A DNA stretch of 23,522 nt from Oligoflexales bacterium (GTDB lineage: Bacteria > Bdellovibrionota_B > Oligoflexia > Oligoflexales > CAIYRB01), in contig JBGSUI010000018.1 in NCBI GenBank assembly GCA_041736175.1, forward strand, positions 1 through 23,522, written 5' to 3'. Position numbers and translations under genes: made by a program. This document shows positions 17,439 through 23,522 of the stretch, in pieces. Numbering within the stretch: position 1 is the first letter of the stretch; each line of letters opens with the position of its first letter. Under the pieces are notes generated by a model. The model did not search any database, had not been told where the DNA came from, and saw nothing but the letters and a program-made list of their open reading frames with translations.

Positions 17439-19358
17439 ATGGCCCTTCGCCTTAAAAAAACGGCAAAATATCTGGTCCTTTCGGTTCTCTCGGTACCAGC
17501 GGTCGCTAAAGCTTTGGAACAGCCGATCTTTAAGGCAAGTCGATTGAGTCACAAGATCAATCAGTGGCTTAACAAAATGGTCCGTAATCTCAAACGCACA
17601 CGACAGCTCGCGGATTCAAGGTATGATTCTAAACTTGATATTGCCCTCCGGTACTTCCAGAACCAAAAACAATGGATCCTACAGCTTCCCTACCAACCAA
17701 CCATCAGCGTCCTTATACCCGTCTACAAAGTCAAACTTGATTACCTCAAGGAGACCCTTCAAAGTGTTTCTGCCCAAACTTATCCTTTTTGGGAGGTATG
17801 CATCGTAGATGATGCTTCAAACGACCCTAACATTACCGAAATGCTGGCTTCCTTTAAAAAAGCTCACCCAGACCAAACCAAGATTCTGATGCACCCCAGA
17901 AACCAACATATTTCGGCGACGTCGAATAGTTGTCTAGATCTAGCTTCCGGGGATTATGTGGCTCTCTTAGACCACGACGATCGACTCTATCCAAATGCTT
18001 TAGGGGAGATGGTCCGTGCTATCAATCTCCACAACCAGCCCGATATCCTGTATTCTGACGAAAGCACCATTGATGAACACGGCAATCGTGACAGATTGAT
18101 TTATCATAAGCCGGCTTGGTCGCCCTTGATGCATTTGACGATGAATTACACGACCCATCTCAGCGTTTATCGACGAGAGATCTTGCAAAAGATTGGTGGA
18201 TTTCGTTTAGGTTTTGAGGGATCTCAAGACCACGATCTCATGCTCCGTGCCGTGGAAACCTCTTCCAAACAAGTGATTCACGTTCCATTCAATCTTTACC
18301 AGTGGCGGGCCCATGCCACTTCCACGGCAAGGAGCCAGGATACCAAGCCCTATGCAGCTCAGGCTGGGTTGAAAGCTGTTTCTGAGGCCATACTCCGACG
18401 GGGGCGGCCCGGAAGCGTGACCTTTAATGACCATACTCTTCAATACAAAATCAACTACCAGCTCAAAAATCCTGATCATCCCCCGCTTATTTCAATCATT
18501 ATCCCTTCAAAAGACGCTCCCAACCTGATCAAACGATGTTTGGACTCGGTGTTCCAAAAGACAACCTATCAATACTTCGAAGTCATCATTTCTGACAATG
18601 GAACCACCAACCAAGATACCCTTCAGCTTTACGAACAATGGGCCAAATCTTATCCCACTAGATTTAAAGTCGTCGAGAAAATCCAATCCTTTAATTTTGG
18701 ATCGCAAATCAACCTTGGTGCCAAGGCTGGACGGGGCGAATACCTGCTTCTCCTAAACAACGACACCGAAGTGATCGAACCCCGTTGGCTCGAAGAGATG
18801 CTCAGTCTGGCCCAGTGGGAAGAAATCGGTGCCGTGGGTTGTAAACTCCTTTTTAGTAACCGTGTGATCCAGCATGCTGGTGTCACCCTCTCTACAGATA
18901 TGATTGCCGAGCATATTGGCCTCGGTCTTGATGATGATGACAATCAATATTGGAACTACCATAACACCGTCCATGAAGTCTCTGCTGTGACCGCAGCCTG
19001 TCTGCTGGTGAGCACCGCGAAATTTTGGTTAGTTGGTGGGTTTGACGCCGTGTATTTACCGAGGGCCTACGGGGATATTGAGTTCTGCCTGTCCCTTAGG
19101 GATAAAGGACTAACCAATGTCTATACTCCCTTTGCCAAGCTTTATCACCATGAGTCTGCTTCCCGTGGGCAATCCATCGAATACTTTGAACGGTTTTATC
19201 TACAGCAGCGTCGGGGATCCTATCTCAGTAGCGATCCTTACCTTAACCTCAACTACACCCGGCATCCTCGCTTTGAACCTAACCCCTTTTATACCGATCT
19301 CGATTTGGACCAGAAAGACTTTAAAGCACTTTTTAAGGAGCTCTCTAGGAGTTTTTAA
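17439..19358 (+). CDS. Two-domain GT2 glycosyltransferase (O-antigen/surface glycan synthesis)
   Basis: Domain 1: ISVLIPVY, VDDAS, LLDHDD, GSQDHDL. Domain 2: ISIIIPSKD, LLNNDTE, AVTAACL, HHESASRG. Confidence 0.93.
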   Translation: MALRLKKTAKYLVLSVLSVPAVAKALEQPIFKASRLSHKINQWLNKMVRNLKRTRQLADSRYDSKLDIALRYFQNQKQWILQLPYQPTISVLIPVYKVKLDYLKETLQSVSAQTYPFWEVCIVDDASNDPNITEMLASFKKAHPDQTKILMHPRNQHISATSNSCLDLASGDYVALLDHDDRLYPNALGEMVRAINLHNQPDILYSDESTIDEHGNRDRLIYHKPAWSPLMHLTMNYTTHLSVYRREILQKIGGFRLGFEGSQDHDLMLRAVETSSKQVIHVPFNLYQWRAHATSTARSQDTKPYAAQAGLKAVSEAILRRGRPGSVTFNDHTLQYKINYQLKNPDHPPLISIIIPSKDAPNLIKRCLDSVFQKTTYQYFEVIISDNGTTNQDTLQLYEQWAKSYPTRFKVVEKIQSFNFGSQINLGAKAGRGEYLLLLNNDTEVIEPRWLEEMLSLAQWEEIGAVGCKLLFSNRVIQHAGVTLSTDMIAEHIGLGLDDDDNQYWNYHNTVHEVSAVTAACLLVSTAKFWLVGGFDAVYLPRAYGDIEFCLSLRDKGLTNVYTPFAKLYHHESASRGQSIEYFERFYLQQRRGSYLSSDPYLNLNYTRHPRFEPNPFYTDLDLDQKDFKALFKELSRSF

Positions 19359-19409
19359 TCTTTCCTAGATCAGTAAATTTCTGGCCTTGTCTAGTTTTCG
19401 ATCCGCACC

Positions 19410-19471
19410 TTGACCACCCCTCGATTTGTAGACTATACTCCATATTTAGGCGCTAATATTGGAGTGTAGTC
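19410..19471 (+). promoter_or_regulatory. Sigma70-like promoter overlapped by a 12-bp inverted repeat
   Basis: TTGACC (19410-19415) -18 bp- TATACT (19434-19439). Inverted repeat GACTATACTCCA (19431-19442) / TGGAGTGTAGTC (19460-19471) matches at 11/12. Confidence 0.6.
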
Positions 19472-20647
19472 TTGAGGAAAAGATTATTAATTACCCATAA
19501 TGATGAATCTTTTTTTCTTTTTGGTGCAAGAGGAACTGGAAAAAGCACTCTTATGAAAGAGCGCTTTCCCGATGCCTATATTATTAATCTCCTCCTTCCC
19601 AGCCAAGAGGAGCGTTTAAGCCGCGATCCCGAGGATCTCATTGGCGAGGTCTTAGGGCTCGATCCTCAAGTCACCCATATTTTTATCGATGAAATTCAAA
19701 AAGTCCCCAAACTGTGCGATGTCGTACACTATTTGATTGAAGAAAAAAAAGTAAATCAGCATTTTATACTTACCGGATCGAGCGCTCGCAAACTAAAGTC
19801 ATCGGGAGCCAACCTCCTTGCGGGTCGAGCCATGTTTCTTAGTTTATTTCCCTTTTGCAGCCCGGAAATAGGAATAGGTTTCGATTTGGAAAAAGCCCTG
19901 GGATATGGTCTGCTTCCAAAAGTTTGGAACCAGGAAAAACCAAGCGGAATCGTTCGTTTTCTCAAGGCATACTGCCAAACTTACCTAAAGGAAGAGGTCT
20001 GGGCTGAGCACCTTATTCGAAAGATCGAACCCTTTCGAAAGTTTATAGAAGTTGCTGCTCAGCATAACACCCAAATTATCAATTACTCAACCATCGGGCG
20101 AATCGTAGGGGTCGATGTAAAAACCGTACAAACCTATTTCCACATTCTAGAAGAGACTCACCTTGGAATACTTCTAGAGCCTTATTCGCGCTCCATTCGA
20201 AGCCAGGTCCACGCTGCTCCTAAGTTTTACTATATTGATACGGGTATTACCCGCACTTTAGGACGTACGATTAACATGCCCCTTGTCGCTTCTACAACCG
20301 AATATGGAAATCTATTTGAACAATTTTTTGTATTAGAATGCGTCAAACTCAATGCATATCTTGAGTTGGATTATAAGTTTTCCTATTTAACGACCAAAGC
20401 AGGAGCTGAATTAGACCTAATTATCGAGCGACCTGGTAAAAATACAGTTCTTATTGAAATTAAATCAGCAAACAAGACCTTGCCAGAATATGCGCGGCAT
20501 CTTATGGGTTTTAAGGATGATTTTGAAGATCCTGTTGGTCTTGTGGTTTCCCAGGACAAGACCCGTCGCATGGACGGATGGATTACCTTTGTACACTGGC
20601 AGGATGCTCTCACTGAGATATTTCCGGATCTCCCGACCAGTGCCTAG
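19472..20647 (+). CDS. AAA family ATPase with DUF4143 domain (ATPase-wHTH-PD-(D/E)xK-like)
   Basis: GARGTGKST, IFIDEIQK, LTGSS, LAGR, KFYYIDTG, LFE and ELDLII...IEIKS. Confidence 0.9.
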   Translation: MRKRLLITHNDESFFLFGARGTGKSTLMKERFPDAYIINLLLPSQEERLSRDPEDLIGEVLGLDPQVTHIFIDEIQKVPKLCDVVHYLIEEKKVNQHFILTGSSARKLKSSGANLLAGRAMFLSLFPFCSPEIGIGFDLEKALGYGLLPKVWNQEKPSGIVRFLKAYCQTYLKEEVWAEHLIRKIEPFRKFIEVAAQHNTQIINYSTIGRIVGVDVKTVQTYFHILEETHLGILLEPYSRSIRSQVHAAPKFYYIDTGITRTLGRTINMPLVASTTEYGNLFEQFFVLECVKLNAYLELDYKFSYLTTKAGAELDLIIERPGKNTVLIEIKSANKTLPEYARHLMGFKDDFEDPVGLVVSQDKTRRMDGWITFVHWQDALTEIFPDLPTSA

Positions 20648-20652
20648 ATCGG

Positions 20653-20925
20653 TTACTTCTTACGACGTACCACCACGATCTCCAGTGAAAACTTTTGCAA
20701 AATCTTTTTCACCGAATTCATCGTTACATTGCCACTCGACTGCTCTACTTTTCGTAGAGTCGAGAGGCTTTGCCCCACGAGCTTGGCAAATTCTGCTTGA
20801 TTGAGCCCCAATATTTTCCGCAGGTTTTTTATGGCCAGGGCTAGACTGACGCCTTCATGGTCAAGGTTTTGAAAAAACTCTTGACGAAGTTTTTGTCTCT
20901 TTTTTATGTCCTTAAGGATCGCCAT
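20653..20925 (-). CDS. XRE-family HTH protein, probable antitoxin of the HipA-like kinase
   Basis: IKNLRKILGLNQAEFAKLVGQSLSTLRKVEQSSGNVT. Starts 2 nt after the hipA stop. Confidence 0.85.
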   Translation of the reverse strand: MAILKDIKKRQKLRQEFFQNLDHEGVSLALAIKNLRKILGLNQAEFAKLVGQSLSTLRKVEQSSGNVTMNSVKKILQKFSLEIVVVRRKK

Positions 20926-20927
20926 AT

Positions 20928-21707
20928 TTATTTAAGGCTCGCTAGTTGTTTTTGGATTCGATTTCGATCCTCCTGGTTTAAATTTAGAATTTCTTCGGGA
21001 AGCCCTAATTGGATCAGTTTATCCTCCATATTTCCGAGATAATCATCTCGGAGTTGGCGACAATAATCAATAAGTAATTTAGGTTCGAGTTGTAAAAAAT
21101 CAGTGACCCACTGTATTCGATCGACCAAGGATTGAGGTGCTTTTTGCCATGTAGTTAATGGCACGATAAAATCCCCCCTAAAAAACCTCATGGAGGTCAC
21201 GTCATAGATAGGTGAGAGCTGCACCATATCGTCTATTTTGATCAAACTCGTATTGCGACCGTGAATATCGGTATTGCTAAGGGCTTCATTCAATAGATCG
21301 CGACCGAAATACTCGACGATTTCAGATTGCCAGTCTTTAACATGTCTCTTGATAAGTAGCAGATTGTCCTCGTGACTGAGCCTATGGCCATAACTGTTGA
21401 AGCCATGGACACTGTAGAGGCTTTCCAAACCGTGATAATGCAGTCTACCGTCTGCGCTGCGCACCCGATCAAATCGAGGTGTAAACAAAATATCATCTTG
21501 GATATCAAATGGCTCGTATGTTCTCACCGGCAATTGAGCTAAAAAATCGTAATAAACTTTTTCAGCCCTCGCTAAAAGCCTAGAGTTCCTGCTATCCGTA
21601 AATGGGAACTTAATCATATAAGCTTGTTTGGTTTTCGAGTCCTCCAAAAAGCCATCGGCATGAAAACGCCCCTCGGTATCTTCCCTGAGAAGAAACTTGG
21701 GTGCTCC
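20928..21707 (-). pseudogene. hipA: HipA-family kinase, C-terminal part, interrupted by IS607
   Basis: GAPKFLL, YMIKF, RFDR, ESLYS, NTDIHGRN and LSPIYD are present. The N-terminal domain and most of the Gly-rich loop are replaced by IS sequence. Confidence 0.85.
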
Positions 21708-21860
21708 CCGCTCCGAAAAACCTATGCAAACCTGGATCTGCATGGGGTCGGTCCTTCGCTCTCCGTTGATGTCCGTTTCCGGCGTGCAACTGGAGTCCTG
21801 GAGGGGCGGTCAGGACCCGGTGGGTCCTTAACTCCTCCGTTGGCTGTAAGTCTACTAAGG
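21690..21860 (-). ncRNA. Putative TnpB omegaRNA (scaffold in the tnpB 3' tail/right end, guide in flanking hipA)
   Basis: GC-rich, low-complexity protein tail after RuvC-III. Hairpins AGGACCC-N3-GGGTCCT (21812-21828) and ATGCA...TGCAT (21724-21743). Position matches known TnpB omegaRNAs; boundaries are approximate. Confidence 0.55.
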
Positions 21861-23128
21861 AGAATTTTTTTCACTTCCTTAAAAGGGGTAAAAAGGCTGA
21901 TTTCAGTGTCATCAGCTCTCTCCTTAATGTTAACAGCTCCGTTTACGTCCGCTTGTGAAACTTCCCCATTGACATGGTAAAATTTGTCTCCAACCCGCCT
22001 CCCTTCCAGGCGACGGGTCTTTGAGTCGATTTGTGAAGTATACGCAGCGTTCACAACTCGTAAGCGAGAACCTCTCGCCTTGGTCACTGAATTTAACGCG
22101 TCAGCCAGTGCGCCCTTGGCCCATCCTGACATGGTTCGATTGAATTTTTTCCACTTGTGTTTGCTGGCAAAGGGTTTTGTCAAATCCTCACAACGAACTT
22201 CCTTTGCCTTATCAACGATACTGTGAGCTGCCTGGAAAGCAATATTTCTGATCACCTGCTTTTGGTGAGTATACTGCTTGGCGAGTTTTTTTCTCCCAAG
22301 GTTTCTTGTTCGGATGTTTTTGGCCTTTTTGGGGTGTTTCTTAGCTATCTGGTGGAGTTTGTTTCTGGCGATCCCCCTTAGGTGCCTTTTATTAGTTCCT
22401 TCGGTCAAAAACTTACCAAGCTGAGTCCCATGAAAGCCCCCCTCGGAATCCGCAAAAGCTTCCGAGAAGCCTTTATCGACGCCAATAATTTGATCTCCAC
22501 ATGGTGCAAAATCTTTCTGGTTTATGACGTAGTGAACAAAGACAACGCCATCCTTCAAAATAAGTCTTAGGCACCCCGAAAGGGTAATATTAGAATTAAG
22601 GGGGATGCAAACCATTTTACCCCTAGTAAAAGAGGGTACTTTCAACCATGTATTGCCATCATTGCCCGTAAACTGACGATACACTCCGCACTCTAGGATA
22701 ATCTGGTTTTTTACATCTGTCTTGCCGTGTTTTTTATGCTGGCGCATCTTGCGGCAAAGGTAAGGATCGCTCTTCCATGCGGCACTCCCTAGGGCTTTAT
22801 ACAGCTGGGTTCTCTCAGCAGGGTCAGCGGTCCGCTTAGCGATATCTTGTCGGACCTTGAGCTTCGAGGCTTCTTCGTACATTGAGATATCATCTAAGAC
22901 ATCTCTGAGGGTTTCCTTCCAGGCCTTTGCTGGAAGGGGGCTGAAATCCCGGGTCTGGACCCATTCGTTTCTTAAGGTGCGAAAGTCGATACCCGAGCCA
23001 TTTATGGATCCATATCGGTGCCAGATCTCTTTACGAAGAGCGCCAAGCATCTCTGCCTGTTTGGAAAGCTCGTCGTATTTCGATTTGTTCAGATCTTTGG
23101 AAGAAACAATTCGGGTGACTTTGCTCAT
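21722..23128 (-). CDS. tnpB: TnpB RNA-guided endonuclease (IS607-associated)
   Basis: RuvC-I IIGVDKG, RuvC-II VRCEDL, AAYTSQ and RuvC-III ADVNGAVNI. Confidence 0.9.
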   Translation of the reverse strand: MSKVTRIVSSKDLNKSKYDELSKQAEMLGALRKEIWHRYGSINGSGIDFRTLRNEWVQTRDFSPLPAKAWKETLRDVLDDISMYEEASKLKVRQDIAKRTADPAERTQLYKALGSAAWKSDPYLCRKMRQHKKHGKTDVKNQIILECGVYRQFTGNDGNTWLKVPSFTRGKMVCIPLNSNITLSGCLRLILKDGVVFVHYVINQKDFAPCGDQIIGVDKGFSEAFADSEGGFHGTQLGKFLTEGTNKRHLRGIARNKLHQIAKKHPKKAKNIRTRNLGRKKLAKQYTHQKQVIRNIAFQAAHSIVDKAKEVRCEDLTKPFASKHKWKKFNRTMSGWAKGALADALNSVTKARGSRLRVVNAAYTSQIDSKTRRLEGRRVGDKFYHVNGEVSQADVNGAVNIKERADDTEISLFTPFKEVKKILLSRLTANGGVKDPPGPDRPSRTPVARRKRTSTESEGPTPCRSRFA

Positions 23129-23522
23129 CTACTTACAGACCTCATCAGCAGCCTTCTTAAGCGTCTCAACGATTTTTTTATTTTTGTGAGATCTAGAACC
23201 ATACAATCTTGCTGAAAACACAGTGATGATTTCCAGAACGTCTCGAGTGAGATCATCTTCATAACTGGTATCTTCACTTGCGTTGATGATAATAACTTCG
23301 CATCCAACGTGATTGCAAATGGAAAAAACAAGTTCCGAACCAAAACATAGAAGTCGATCTTTGTGGGTGATAACAAGTCTCCCGACTTCCTGATTGCAGA
23401 GGGACTTAATAAGGGTCTTTAGTCCTTTTTTGTTGTAGTTCATACCTGAACCAAGGTCCTCGATAATCCTATGTTCCCATCCATTTGCCGAACAAAAAAG
23501 TGAAAGCTGTTCAACTTGTCTC
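23129..23522 (-). CDS. tnpA: IS607 transposase TnpA (serine recombinase), 5'-partial
   Basis: The frame is open to the window edge: RQVEQL..FC..NGW...IEDLGSGMNY.KKGL, LVITHKDRLLCFG, DVLEIITVFSARLYGSRS. Confidence 0.93.
   Translation of the reverse strand, partial: RQVEQLSLFCSANGWEHRIIEDLGSGMNYNKKGLKTLIKSLCNQEVGRLVITHKDRLLCFGSELVFSICNHVGCEVIIINASEDTSYEDDLTRDVLEIITVFSARLYGSRSHKNKKIVETLKKAADEVCK

Larger units (their letters stand above)
21708..23522 (-). mobile_element. IS607-family insertion sequence (left end outside the window)
   Basis: Serine-recombinase tnpA directly abuts tnpB. The right junction falls in a GGGG run (21706-21709, minus strand), consistent with IS607 GG targeting. Confidence 0.88.

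Noticed and set aside
21722..23128. Cas12f-like CRISPR effector
   Set aside because: No CRISPR array or cas genes in the window. Direct coupling to IS607 tnpA identifies it as TnpB.
1..23522. tRNA, rRNA or CRISPR arrays
   Set aside because: No cloverleaf, rRNA-like sequence or regularly spaced repeats were seen by eye.

Overview
Bacterial chromosomal window from a Gram-negative organism. Gene style suggests a deltaproteobacterial/Bdellovibrionota-like host, but this is only an impression. It has three parts. (1) An accessory block at ~1-5830 holds a BolA/MNT-like small ORF, a start-less DUF4258/RelE-like toxin remnant coupled to an XRE antitoxin, a BlaI + M56 peptidase pair with two BlaI operator palindromes (one in front of an unknown secreted protein), an Xre-RES toxin-antitoxin pair and a PIN/VapC fragment bounded by CTAG on both sides. 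(2) A mostly housekeeping middle holds a di-haem c-type cytochrome lipoprotein, DUF2905, a SET/post-SET protein, a rhomboid protease, an outer-membrane beta-barrel, sucC-sucD-(degenerate Macro-like)-murB-wzm-wzt-GT2, and an AAA/DUF4143 ATPase. (3) At the right end, an IS607-family element (partial tnpA plus a 468-aa TnpB with intact RuvC but no zinc-finger cysteines) is inserted at a GG inside the Gly-rich loop of a hipA-like kinase gene. The predicted TnpB guide is therefore hipA sequence, the IS end supplies an in-frame SD+ATG for the remaining kinase core, and TnpA carries a DRLxR->DRLxC change. All calls come from motif recognition by eye; no searches were run.
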